NCBI GenBank assembly: GCA_033442325.1
Contig: JAWQFM010000004.1
Span: forward strand, 183,510-247,509
Source: Salpingoeca rosetta
Taxonomy: Eukaryota > Protista > Choanoflagellata
Direction: 5' to 3'
Length of the DNA stretch: 64,000 nt
Shown here: positions 23,101 through 43,874 of the stretch, piece by piece
Numbering within the stretch: position 1 is the stretch's first letter
Layout: the number at the start of each line of letters is the position of its first letter
The notes under the pieces: generated by a model
Seen by the model: the letters and a program-made list of their open reading frames with translations, nothing else
The model's database searches: none
What the model was told of the DNA's origin: nothing
Position numbers and translations under genes: made by a program

Positions 23101-26100
23101 CTCCCGCAGCAAACAGGACGGCGGTGGTGGCCGTGAGACCGCCAAAGGTTGCGGAGAGCGTGGCGTTGCCGGCAATGCTTGTGGTGATCTGCAGGCTGGC
23201 GTCAGCTGGCTGCAGGGCTAGCGCAGCGTCCTCCTGATCTTGCTGGTCGTCGTTGGCAGCGGTGAAGCTGGAGGCAAACACGGCCTGCGCCATTGTGGCA
23301 ACCTGTCGCAGCTGTACCGTCACTGCCATGTCCTGTTTGGTCGTGTTGAACACGGCAACGCAGCTGGCAGTGAGCGCTGGCCAGGCTGTGGCACCGGCGC
23401 CAATTGGCGGGACCTCAAACTGCTCTGCAGCGGCAGCGCCAGACGTGTGTGTGGCCGAGCCCTCAACACCACGGGCCGTCACCGTCATGCGCACAGCATC
23501 GAGCGCGTACTTGTTCACGGTGACAGAGGCCATGAGGTCGCCGTCAACCGTGGTGTACGTGCACTCGCTGGCAACGGCATCTGTCTCCAGCGCTAGCATA
23601 CCTGTGAAGTCACCACAGTTCTCATCGGCAGACGTGAAACTGGCAGACGTCACGGTCTCAACACTGCCGTCGCTGAGGGTGCGGGTGACGGTGAAGGCGG
23701 CCGATGACGGCAGCCCTGTCACAGCCTCGGCTGCGCCTGCGTTGGCAAAGGGCACGACCAAGTCAACGCTTGTCGGCGACACGGCGATGGACACGACAGT
23801 GGCATCTGTCGTGGTCACATTCACGGCGGCCTCAAACGTCTTCCTTGCACATGTGGCCTTCGGCCACTGGGCGGTGATGGCAGCAAGGCCCGAGGTTGCC
23901 GTGGTGGTGACGGTTGCCGGGTCATCGTTGCTCTGCGCCACAGTTGCCACGTCCGTGTTGTCGCTGGCAAAGGCGACTGCGGATGGCGCGAGCGCCAGCT
24001 GCTGCCTGTTCTCCGTGACCTGCTCCATGACGACGGCTGCCACGTAAAGGCGCGCCGCGTTGGCGCTGCTGGTGAAGCGGGGAAGGTTGCTGCTCGACAC
24101 GCTGACCGCGGCCGAGACCCACAGGTTGCCTGCGTCGTTGATGGTGGCGGTAAAAGTGGCGCCACCGACGGCGTACGCACGCACGCCGAGNNNNNNNNNN
24201 NNNNNNNNNNNNNNNNNNNNNNNNNNNNNNNNNNNNNNNNNNNNNNNNNNNNNNNNNNNNNNNNNNNNNNNNNNNNNNNNNNNNNNNNNNNNNNNNNNNN
24301 NNNNNNNNNNNNNNNNNNNNNNNNNNNNNNNNNNNNNNNNNNNNNNNNNNNNNNNNNNNNNNNNNNNNNNNNNNNNNNNNNNNNNNNNNNNNNNNNNNNN
24401 NNNNNNNNNNNNNNNNNNNNNNNNNNNNNNNNNNNNNNNNNNNNNNNNNNNNNNNNNNNNNNNNNNNNNNNNNNNNNNNNNNNNNNNNNNNNNNNNNNNN
24501 NNNNNNNNNNNNNNNNNNNNNNNNNNNNNNNNNNNNNNNNNNNNNNNNNNNNNNNNNNNNNNNNNNNNNNNNNNNNNNNNNNNNNNNNNNNNNNNNNNNN
24601 NNNNNNNNNNNNNNNNNNNNNNNNNCAGCTTCACATCGCGCGTGCGCGTGTCAACAATGGGCCTGCGGTTGCGCACCTGGAGGAACGAGTCAATGTTGCC
24701 GCGCAGCACAAGCATGCTGTCCTCTGCAGCAGGCACAGCGTGCACGGTGGCGGTGAACAGGCTGAAGGACCGCTGCTCAGAAAACTTTGGCTCGTCGGTG
24801 AGGTCGCGAGCAATGCCGGCAACAACGAGCATTTGCTCGCCCGACTCTTCGTCCGTGGTGACGGTGCTGCTGATACTCCAGGCGGCTGTGTTGGCCTCGC
24901 TCATCTCAATGCGGCAGTTGCCGCAGCGGAGCGAGACGCCAAACGAGTGCACGGCCCAGTCGTGGCGGGCAATCACCGCCACGTCCACGGTGTCGTTCTC
25001 GAACACGCTGTTGGTGGGGGTCACGACGGCGGCAATGCTGCTGCTCACACCCAGCACCTCCTGCTGCGTTGGGCCGAGCGTCAGCTGTCCGCACGCCATG
25101 TCGGGGCTGGTCTCGTAGCCCTCGCCGTCTGCGCGTGGCGTCGTGTACTTGAACGTGACATCCACGAGGCGTGGGCCTGCGGACGAGAACCACGCGTCTG
25201 CAAACGTGGTCCACGCGTTGCACACTGCAGGCCCGTCTGTGGGCATGGTGCAGGTGGCCGTCACCTCGGCGTCCTCGTCGTCTGCGGCGACAAACCGCAC
25301 GGTGACGTTTGTGCGCGCAACACGCGAATGCCCGCTGGCGTCCAGCGCGGCAAGCACCACTTGTGCAGTCGGATATGTCGCATACACGTTGTCGAGGACG
25401 GGCGCGCAGTCAACCTGCGCTGCCGGGGCGAGGGGGCGGGTCACCATCTGCGCACCATCCTCGGGCTCGCCGCTGACAGCGACCCATGTGCTCTCCCCTG
25501 GGGCGATGTTGGTGAACACAAACGAGCGGTTCACGCGCATGGACGCATCCATGGCCTGGTCTTGCTGTTGCGACGCGGCGGTTGGGAGAATGTGGTTGGT
25601 GTTCACGCCAATCACGTTCACAGGGGGCGCTGTCTCAAACTCGGTTGGAAGCGCGTTGCACTGCGCGTCGCTCGTGCCCTCGCACACGTTCGTCAAATAC
25701 TGGTCGAGCGAGCACTCCGTGCACTGCAGACACAGGCCGCCGCAGAAGCCGAGCTCCTGGTACAGCCCCGGGTGGGTCGTGGACCGACAGGGCTCGCAGG
25801 GAATGAACATGACGGGCTCGCCGTTTGGGGTGGGGCCAGCGGTGCGCTGCAATGAGGTGGTGTTGGCGGCATCAATGGCGGCAGCCATGGCGTTCAGGGC
25901 ATCTGTGGTGATGGTCAAGGCTGCATCGACGTCCACACGGAACAGCGCCGTGGTGGAGTATGTTGTCGTGGTTGCGTTTGTCGTTGTGTTGGTGGTTGTG
26001 GTGGACACTGTGCTGCGCTCCATAAATGTGGCGGTTGCGTCCGCATCCTCCGTCGCGTTCAACAAGAAGGCATCAAGCACGTCCAGAAGGTCGAGTTTCT

Positions 26101-28378
26101 AAAACAGGTGGCGTTGGGGAGAGGGAACAGGGGTGCAGGGACGAAGGTGTGACGGGGATGGCGAGATCGGTATGATGTTGGGAGGGGGAGGGGTTGGCTG
26201 ATGGATGTGTGGTTCCAGCAGAGAAAAGGAAAGGGGCGGTGGTGCGAAACGAAACATGCACGAGATGGCATGTGTACGTGCAGACACACATACACACGCA
26301 TGCACAACCGTAAACGCCTACACACAACGCACACGCATGCACCACCACAAACCCCTCCACACAACGTCACAGGCACACATGCGTACGCGCGCGCACCCAC
26401 ACACACACGCACACACACACGCGCACACACGCACACACGTGCGCACAGGCGTCATTCTGACCTGGATGTCGAATTGTGTTGATGATGCTGCAAACTGGAG
26501 ATCAAGGTAGACAAATTGCCGGCCCTCCGAGGGCACGTCGAAGCGTGACACCTGCGGCAGGTACGTCACCTCCGTGTTGTTGTACGCTGCATCGTCCAAC
26601 TTGCGCAGCTCGCGTGCGAGCGGGCCGTTGCTGCCGTCCTGGATGGCGGCCTCAATGGCGGCGCGCGTGGCGTCAATCTCCGTCTCCAGCGTGTCCACCT
26701 GCACCACGACGGTGACCGCGGCCTTGCGGAAGTCCAGACAAACGCGGTCCGAGGTTGGCGTGGGCGCATATCGCTCGCGCGAGTACCGGGGATCGCACGT
26801 GGTGATGGGGTCGCACGCGCGGTCAGCGGACGCCGCGCAGGGGCTGGACTCAAACTCCTCGCCAGCGGTGCACGTCCGGCACGCTGTGCACGATTCCAAG
26901 GTGTGGTCGTCGGTGTCCTGGAAGGTACCATCCTCGCACGTCGTGCAGACGGTGTTGGCCGTCAGCGTGCAGTTTGTGGTGAGCTTCTGGCCGAGGCCAC
27001 ACTTGGAGCACATCATGCACGTTGGGTCGAGGTGACCCGTCGCGTTCTGCCACGTGCCGCTGTCACACGCAACACAGGACGTGTTGCTGGTGGCGGTGCA
27101 CGGCGACAACAGGCGCTGGCCAGGGTCGCACCTGCCGCACTGCTTGCACTGCTCCTCCAGGTGGCTGCTGCTGTCCTGGTAGGTGCCGTTCTGGCACGCC
27201 GAGCACATGGCATCACTCGTGCGGTTGCAGGCCATTGCGAGAAACGTGCCCTGCCCACACATTGAGCAGGCCTGGCACTCCATCTCATAGTGGCTTGTCA
27301 TGTTCTGGAAGGTGGCGCCGGTGCACGCGCTGCAGTTGGTGTTTGTCGTGGCAGTGCAGGCGTCGGCAACAAACTGGCCCTGACCGCACATGCTGCAGTC
27401 CTTGCACGTGGAGCTGTTGTGCATCAGCAGGTCCTGGTAGGTGAAGCCTGTGCAGTTGTTGCACAAAATGTTCGATGTCGGGGTGCACTGCAGAAAGGCA
27501 AACTCGCCAGCGGTACACGTGTCGCAAGTGGTGCAGCTGGTCAGATTGTGGCTGTCTGCGGACTGGAACGTGTTGTCCGGGCACGCAGAGCATTGCGTGT
27601 CCATGGTGCGCGTGCAGGCGCTCGCCAGGAACGTGCCGCTCCCGCACGTGTCCGTGCACGGCTTGCACGACATTTCCAGGTGTGCAGTCATGCTCTGGAA
27701 CGTGCCATCTGTACAGTTGCCGCACTGCGTGTCTGTCATGCCACGGCAGTTTGTGGCCACAAACTGACCGGCATCACATGTGCTGCAGTCAGCGCACGTG
27801 GCATTGGTGATGTTTTGCGTTGGGTTGCATGCTTCCACCACATACTGGTTCTCAGCACACGTGCACGGGTCCATCGTCGTCGTCGTCGTCGTCGTGGTGG
27901 TGGTGGTTGCGTTGACAGCTGTCGTTGCGGGCATTGCTGTTGAGTTGGATGGCATGGTCGTGTTTGAGGCCGTGGTTGTCATGTTGGATGGCATGGTTGC
28001 AGGCACCGTTGTTGAGTTTGATGCCATGGTTGCGGGCATGGCTGTTGTGTTGGATGTCATGGTTGTGGTTGATGGTGGTGGTGGTGGTGACGGCATCGTC
28101 GCGTTTCTTCGACGCCGCTCCTGGGAACACGTGCTGCGCGTGATTGGGTCTGTGCGCGCATCAAAGCCAGTGGGCGTGCCAGAGTCACAGACGGTGTCTG
28201 CCTCACGCACCGTGACTTGCACGACGCTCGCGCCCGTCAGGTTGGCTGCAGCCACAAGGGCTTGCTCAAACTGCAGCGAGGTGCGTTGCACGCGATCAAC
28301 AGCAGGCTCGGCAGTGAGCCAACACGGAGGTAGGGCTTGTGTGCGAACCACACCAGGCAAAATGCTACGTCTCTCTCT

Positions 28379-28436
<58 letters not shown>

Positions 28437-28923
28437 TCACTCACACTGACCTCGGTCTGGTTGAAATCGTTGGCCATGAGGTTGTAAATCTCGATGGTGT
28501 GGTTGCGGTTCACGCGACATGCCTCTCCATCGCAAGCACGAGCTGCCGAAACATCACACGTGGTGTGAGATTCCAGCGAACAGGATATGGGCAGGCAGCG
28601 CGCCCAACGCAAGTCTCGTGTGCGTGTGTGTGTGCGCGCGCGTTAAATGCGAATGCGTGCGTGGCGGAGGCAAAACAGGCTGTGCGGCTGTGACGGCAAA
28701 GGATCGAGACACACCCAAAAGCAAGACCACACTGCTCACTCTGTGCGATGGCGAATGGCGTGAAGGATGCAAGAAGGGCGATGACAGCGAGGGCGGACAC
28801 GAGGGCCCAGGGGCGCGGTGTTGCGCTTGGGGCCGGCGCCTCTGTGCGGCTGCCAGCCTTTGTGCTCATGCCGCTGGCTCTGGCGCTTGCTCGGCCTTTT
28901 CGGCTCCCAGCACGCTGCGCCAT
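14256..28923 (-). CDS. Giant receptor-type protein tyrosine phosphatase (~4,300 aa): signal peptide, mucin-like stretch, TNFR-like Cys repeats, TMEM132-like/Ig-like region, cohesin-like domain, dockerin, ~9 FN3, TM helix, tandem PTP D1-D2
   Basis: Eight exons with phase-compatible GT-AG junctions: 28923-28740, 28543-28451, 28270-26462, 26098-21185 (contains an N gap), 20888-20177, 19913-15247, 15013-14589, 14331-14256. Signal WALVSALAVIALLASFTPFAIA; TM IGAIVGAIIVVLIIVVLVFLFV then RYRR. D1 has KNRY, WPDHGVP, HCSAGVGRTG, MVQTEDQY. D2 has KNRF, WPTQGTP, HCSAGVGRTG, MIQTPDQY. C-terminus ...EEGGYGFDA*. Confidence 0.93.
14361..14414. repeat. (GAGGT)n pentanucleotide repeat in the last PTP intron
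   Basis: Directly visible. Confidence 0.95.
22005..22185 (-). other. Dockerin-like domain (duplicated Ca2+-binding F-hand) within the receptor PTP
   Basis: FDMNGDGVLDVLDVLMLSDVYSG ... ADADTNSDGIVSFDDVSFLLSLAAG: two DxNxDGxxxxxD loops, each followed by a hydrophobic helix, with type I dockerin spacing. Confidence 0.85.
22390..22705 (-). other. Cohesin-like domain within the receptor PTP
   Basis: VRVPLHVEAENLRAAVLSLTYDPALLALATVELGSD...FNVRTPGELSVFVV...DLELGVAVF resembles the cohesin consensus V.VPV....F.L.YDP..L.V..V..G......G.I.F.......G.LA.I.F. Confidence 0.7.
24191..24625. other. Assembly gap (N run)
   Basis: Run of N inside the large exon of the receptor PTP. Confidence 1.
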
Positions 28924-29643
28924 GTCTATTGCGTGGCGTTGGCGTGACACGGACAGAGAGGATGCATGTGCGTGTGTGTTTGTTTGTGTGTGGTGGTGTG
29001 AGGGACAGCGAGAGACAGTGCAACAAGAGGACATGACATGAATGGGGGAAGGGCGCTGCAGCGTCATGCATCGGCCTCCACTCAGTTTGACACTCAGGCA
29101 CACGCGCGGACAGCTGCACAAAGCACGTTGCACATCACAGTTGCAGGTTCACGCCCTGATGCGAGACACAGACACATGCAGACAATCCGATCCGCGACAG
29201 TAAAACCATCAGCACCTGTGTTTGGCTTCCTACGGCTGGTCTGGCTGTCTTGCTCACGGGGGATGAGAGGATGTGCAAGGAAGAAGGGGGGGGGGGTGTG
29301 CTGTTGCTGGCTGAACGCACGCACACAGACACACACGGAGAGGGGAGAGAGACACACACCACACAGCAGAGACACACAGTCAAAGCTGGCTGATGATGGA
29401 ATGGGAGGAGAGGGTGTGGTGTGGAGTTGCGATGCTGATGGTGCACGTCAACCACCCACACACCATTCAGGACAAGAAAAATAAAATAAAAAAAATTGTT
29501 TGTGTTGTATTGTTGCGCTGTGTTGTGCTGTGCTTTGCTTTGTTTGGCTTGGGGTGTGTGTGGGCAGTTCACGGTAGAACGAGTCGCTCTAATGTGCATC
29601 CAGCTGGCGCTGATTTCCTAGAAATCATTGCAAACTTTCCGCA

Positions 29644-29988
29644 ATGGTGTTTGGTGACTCGCCCGCGTAAGTTTGTGCGGCGATGATGGAGGGCGGAAGC
29701 GCAGCCGGAGGAGGACAACGATGATGACAAGGACGATGCGGGAGGCTGCAGTGGTTGTGTTTGTGTTTGTTGTGTTTGGTGTGTGCGTTCATGTGGACAT
29801 GGTGTACATGTGTTCATGTTGTGTGTGTTGTGTGTGTGTGTGTGTGCTCATGTGTACATGTGTACGTTTTTTTTTCTCAGGATCAAGCAGGCGGTGGAGA
29901 CGGGCAATGCCATCCCCGCCGCACAGCTGAAGACCATTCTCAACCGCATCTTCTCCAGGCTCCTGACCAAGGTCACTCGCATGTGCTC

Positions 29989-30022
<34 letters not shown>

Positions 30023-30343
30023 ACTGTCACACACATACATACACACTCCCTCCCTTTCTCTCTCCCTTCCTCCCTCACACACACACCCTCTCTCGCTTCC
30101 TCCCTCACCCTCTCTCGCTCATGCTGCCATTTGTGCAACAGGAGGATGCGTTCTCTGCCACTGAGAAGCAGCAGCTCGCTGCAACCTTTGAGTTGGAGCT
30201 CAATGATGTGCAGCTTCTCGTCGATTCGCTCACGCTCATGATCCAAACTGTGTGTACCTCCAGCATCGCCTTTTTTATGTATTTGTTCCTGCTCGTTCGT
30301 ACAACACAGCACGGGCGATCTTGAAGCCAAGCCAGTGCTTCCC

Positions 30344-30442
<99 letters not shown>

Positions 30443-30646
30443 CGGTATCATGCATCACGTGCTCTTGGGTAATCACAGGCCGCCTATCACCAGCTGTCTG
30501 AAAAGGCGATGGCCAAGCACCTGACCAATGCTGGACTTGCAGAAGATCATGTTGGTGACAGCGCAGCGATTGTTCGCTCATGCTTTGCCATCTAATATCG
30601 TGCCCCGATTGTGTGAGCTCTTGATCTCGTCGCAGCCTCCCCCCCC

Positions 30647-30692
<46 letters not shown>

Positions 30693-31568
30693 CGCGCGCA
30701 GGTGATGGTGTTCACAAAGCAGTGGGCAAACAAATCAGCAGGCATCATCGACGCGCTGCGCAACAGTGGATTCTACAGCTCTCAGGTACGGCCCCACATT
30801 GTGTGTATGTGTGTGCACGTACATGTGTGCGTGCGTGTGTTCTGGTTGTGTGAAAGATTTGAGTCACTGTTTCCAGCGTGATGTCTGTTTTGCACACTCT
30901 GCAGCAACCCAGTCACCCACGTGCGACGCTCACGTTTTTTTTTTTTGACACCAACACCCACCATGCATCTTCCTTCCATGCCTCACTTAGCTGGAGACGG
31001 TTGCGTGGAGTTTGGACGTTGGTGTCGCAGACAGCGTTGCTGGCACCACCGCGCAGCCAAACGCCAAGCTCCAACTGGGCCTTTCCACCTCACAGGTGAA
31101 TCTTCCGTGTGCGTGCATGCATGTGTGTGTGCGTGTGTGAGCGCGTGTGTGTGTGTGTGTGCTTTGGGAAACGTACGCGCGCCCATACCAACGCTCACAC
31201 ATGCGCGCTTGCTGGGCAAACAATGCATTCTCACAAACATGTGCCGTGTGGTGCTGCCGTTGTATGGTAATGCAGGGAGGTACAGAGTCTATCACCGTTG
31301 CCATGACACAGCCCGAGCTGGAGCAGTTTTACGATAAGGTCTGTGGTGTGTGTGTGTGTGTGTGTGCAGTAGGCTGTGCGTTGTTCAAGCGAGTTGGCTA
31401 TCTCAAAGCTCTCGCTGCGTGTGTCCCTATCCCTCATCTCTTCACACCCCTCACGCTCGTCGTCGCGTATTTGCCGCCGCGTTCCTTCCTTTTTTCCCCT
31501 CGTTGTTTTCCCTCGTTCCTTCTGTGCAGTTGGAGCAAATCCAGGGCCAGCTTGATGCCCTGTCGTGA
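29644..31568 (+). CDS. COMMD10: COMM domain-containing protein 10 (Commander/CCC complex)
   Basis: Spliced: MVFGDSPAIKQAVETGNAIPAAQLKTILNRIFSRLLTK-EDAFSATEKQQLAATFELELNDVQLLVDSLTLMIQT-AAYHQLSEKAMAKHLTNAGLAEDH-VMVFTKQWANKSAGIIDALR..-LETVAWSLDVGVADS..PNAKLQLGL-..ITVAMTQPELEQFYDK-LEQIQGQLDALS*. Confidence 0.9.
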
Positions 31569-31909
31569 GCCACACCGCTGCCAACCACCAACGCTGCCAA
31601 TCACCAACGCTGATGATGATGATGATGATGGGAGATGGTGATGCAAGACGAAATATACTTTTCAGGCCCGGTCTGGGCGGTCACCCCTCTTTTTGCTGGC
31701 TTGCGTGCGTACTTCTCTTCTAGGATCCCTCTTGTTATGTGTCGTGTACGATCATCCAACACTGTGCTTCCCTCCCTTGTTATTGACGCTTTCCACCGCG
31801 GGTGTTTGAGCTGTTCTCACACCGTCGGCGTGGCCGTATGGCGACTGCATCATTAAACAGTCCCACACCAACCATTTCATCCATGCGTGTGTGCGTGTTG
31901 TGTGTGTGT

Positions 31910-31941
<32 letters not shown>

Positions 31942-32169
31942 CTGTGTGTCTGTGTGTGTGCGTGTGTGCGTGCGTGTGCGTGCGTGTGTGCGTGTGCGTG
32001 CGTGCGTGCGTGTGCGTGCGTGTGTTCTTGGAGTCTGTTTGTCGTGGGAAAAGCAACACAAACTTGTCAGTTGACTTGTCACATCATGTCATCTGTTCAC
32101 TTCAGTCATACAAACATTGGCACGCCAAAGCACTGCACCGTCCGCACTCGCCACACGGTTACATCAATT

Positions 32170-37476
<5,307 letters not shown>

Positions 37477-37895
37477 GGCTGTTCTTTGTGTTGTGCGCTT
37501 GCGCGTGTGTGCACCTCAGCCAACCCTCTCGCACACTGGCTCTCCTGCTTGCGCACACTGGCTCGCTGGCTCAGCTCGCAAACAACAAAGCACACAACAC
37601 ACCAGCCAGCCACACGAAAACACAAACAGCAACCTGTCCTCTTGTTCCACCAACTTGATGAAACTTATGTAAAGATATAGCAAATCGTCACTATCCACGC
37701 CAACTCTCTCGTGTGTGCTCTTCTTCTCTCGTTGCTCTCACGTGTGTGTTCTTTTCCTCTCCTCATTTCCCTTCTTGCGTGTTGTGTAACTGCTGCAGCT
37801 TGGCTGACCTCGTTCAGAGCGCACACATACATTGCTTCCAACGCCAGCAGCCACCGACCATTTCTTCCTCACCGACGCACAAGAAACCAAAGACC

Positions 37896-40066
37896 ATGGG
37901 TGGCCACGACGCCGAGATGGAGTTTGCAAGCGACAGCTTCAAGGCGCTTGTCAAGGAGAACGGCAAGCTCAAGTACCAGCTCGCCCACCTGCAGCAGGTG
38001 TGCATGTGTGCATGCGCGTGCGTGTGTGCGTGTGTGCGTGTACATGCGTGTGTGCGTGTGTGCATGTCTGTGTGTTCATGCATGTGTGTGCGTAGATTTC
38101 TTGTACTCGAGTTTTTTTTTTTTTTTTGGTGACCAGATTTTCGTGCGCTCACGTCCCTGTTTGTGTTGCTTGCACAGACGCTCGAGGAGCTCCGCAAGCC
38201 GGCCGAATTCAAGTTCGAGTGAGTGTTGCGCCTAAGATGAACCAATTCACGCTCGCATGTTACACTGCCGCCATCCTAGGGCGTCCTTGTCCCCTTTCAT
38301 CACACACACACTCACACGCACACACACACACACTCACACGCACACGCGCACACACGCACACGCGCACACACGCACACGCACACACATACACACTCTCTTC
38401 ACGCACATACCCCCCCCCCCCTCATAAGCACTCCCTCGCTCACTCACGCGCCCTTCCTCCCACCTCTCGCAGGGACAAGCCCGACCTCGCCGTTGATACG
38501 ATGCGCGTGGTCGCCGACCTGATGCGGTCCACCATCGGCATTGCCTTCCCGGAGTTTGCGGACGTGGACCCGAGCATCACCATCCCCGCCGCCAAGGTGA
38601 AGAACGCCGGAAGCTACCAATGCAACGCGGCCATGAACATCAACAACAAGCTCAAGAAGCAGGGCGTCAAGAGCAACCCGCGCGAGGTGGCGCAGAAGAT
38701 TGCCGACAGCCTGCCGGAGAACCCCGTCGTGGACAAGCTCGAGGTTGCCGGCCCGGGCTTCATCAACGTGCACGTTGCCAAGTCCTTTGTGCAGGCGCAG
38801 ACGAACAAACTCCTGCGCAAGGGCGCACTGGCCCCGCCCATTGACCGCAAACTGAAGGTGATTGTCGACTTTTCGTCACCCAACATCGCCAAGGAGATGC
38901 ACGTGGGCCACCTCCGCTCCACCATCATTGGCGAGAGCATTTCCCGCGTGCTTGAGTTTGCCGGCCACGAGACCCACCGCGTCAACCACGTTGGCGACTG
39001 GGGCACGCAGTTTGGCATGCTAATTGCGCACCTCAAGGACGAGTTCCCAGACTACAAGACCAAGGCACCGCCCATTGGCGATCTCCAGGCCTTTTACAAG
39101 GCGTCAAAGGTTTGTGTGTTGTTTGTGTGTCTGTGTGTGTGTGTGCGTGTGCGTGTGCGTGTGGGTGGGTCTCTGTGCCTTGCATGTTGTGGTGTGTTGT
39201 GTGTGTCTGTGTGTGTCTGTGTCTGTGCCTTGCATGTTGTGGTGTGTTGTGTTGTGCGTGCATGCATTGCTGCACACATGGACACTCGCGTGCTCTCCGT
39301 AGCTCGCCCCACACCCACCCACCACACACACCGCACACCAACCACACCCCACCGTGCAGGTTTTGTTTGACCAGGACGAGGAGTTCAAGAAGCGCGCGTA
39401 CGGGGAGACGGTGAAGCTTCAGTCTGGCGACCCGGACGTGACGCTGGCGTGGCAGCTCATCTGCGACGTGTCCCGCCGCGAGTTTCAGGACATTTACAAC
39501 CGCCTTGATGTGACGATTGAGGAGAAGGGCGAGTCGTTCTACCAGTCGCGCATGCAGGGCGTTGTTGAGGAGCTCACCAAGAAGGGCCTGGTCAGTTGAG
39601 CCGATGGTGGTTGTATGTTTGGCCGCGGGGGTGGCGGGGTGGGGGCGGGTGTTCGTAGTGGTTTGAAGCGCTGTCATGTGTCGTCTGTTTTGCCTGTGCT
39701 GTTGCGGAAGGGAATGAGTACAGTGATAGATGCACGTGCGTCTCCCTCAAATCCAACTCACCACCACGCTTCCGTGCACGCGTGCTTGTTCCTTTTCTCC
39801 CTTCGTCCCTCGCCCCCGGCCGCTGCAGGTGATTGATGACCCCGAGAACCCTGGCCGCAAGATTGCCTGGACCAGCGCTCGCGAGCAGACGAACATTCCA
39901 CTCATTGTCGTCAAGTCGGATGGAGGTGCGACCAACACATGCCCATCACCTGCTGCTGGGTTGTTGGCGCTGCTGCTGACGTGTAGACAAGATACTCACA
40001 CTCTCACACACACACACTCCCTCACACACACTCCCTCACTCACACACACAATCTACTTCACACGCA

Positions 40067-40110
<44 letters not shown>

Positions 40111-40243
40111 CACACACACACACACACACACCCTGTGTTTGTGTGCAGCGTACACGTACGACACGTCCGATCTTGCGACGCTCCGCTACCGCGTGCAGGA
40201 GGAGAAGGCCGACTGGGTCGTCTACGTCGTTGGACAGAGCCAG
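37896..40243 (+). CDS. RARS1: Cytoplasmic arginyl-tRNA synthetase, N-terminal about two-thirds only (KMSKS region and anticodon-binding domain absent in this sequence)
   Basis: [45 protein letters not shown] (HIGH), [57 protein letters not shown]. No further ArgRS exons are found downstream. Confidence 0.95.
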
Positions 40244-40333
40244 GTGCCAGGCAGTGGGAGGGGAGGTGGTGGCGAACTGAGCTTTTGTGGTGTGGTGCTT
40301 CCGGGATTCTGCTTGCTTGACCCTGTGTTGCAG

Positions 40334-40447
<114 letters not shown>

Positions 40448-40521
40448 GCACACAGTGCAGCGCCAAAGCTGAGATGCAATCACGATTGCTCACCCTTGGC
40501 TCTTGTTCCATCTTGCCAAAG

Positions 40522-43042
<2,521 letters not shown>

Positions 43043-43333
43043 CCGCATCATCACCTCACACCAAAACACACACACACACACATGCACGAGTGGAGAGGCC
43101 ATGGGCGTGCGTGTCAGTGTACATGTGCTTGTTCTGGCGCTTTTGGATTGGTGGTGGATGTGCAAGTGGAAGATGGGATGCCGAGAATGCAAGTTTGTTG
43201 CTGGTTCAGTGCAAGGGGTCGTGGCGTTGTGGTTTCAGTCAGATTACACAGCTTCTTAATGGGGAAGGGGTACAACCGTCACGCACGGCACGTTACTTAG
43301 GTATGGCACACTGGAAAGGGAAGAGAACGCTCA

Positions 43334-43427
<94 letters not shown>

Positions 43428-43482
43428 ACACCAACACACAAACACACACCAACACACAAACAAACACTACACTCCCATTACA

Positions 43483-43842
43483 TCATGACCGCGCAGCAGC
43501 AGCAGCAGCAGCAGCAGCCTGTTCCTTCTCTGCGCGCTCCCTCTCGGCCTCCTCGATGGCCTTTCGCAACTCGTACTCGCGCGTCCACTGCCGCTTTTTT
43601 GCCTGCAGCGATCGCGCAGTCGGCGTGTCGTACAGACACTCCTCCCCGCCTGAAGCACGCATGTGTGTACATATGTGGTGGGGAAAGGGAGTGAATGTGC
43701 GGTAAGCTGCTGGGCGTGTGCTGGATGCTTGCAGCACACAAACGTGACGCCAGACGGCACATCACCGCCCACCACCACCACCACCACCGCCGCCACCACC
43801 ACCACCACCACCACCACCACCACCACCGCCGCCACCACCACC

Positions 43843-43874
<32 letters not shown>

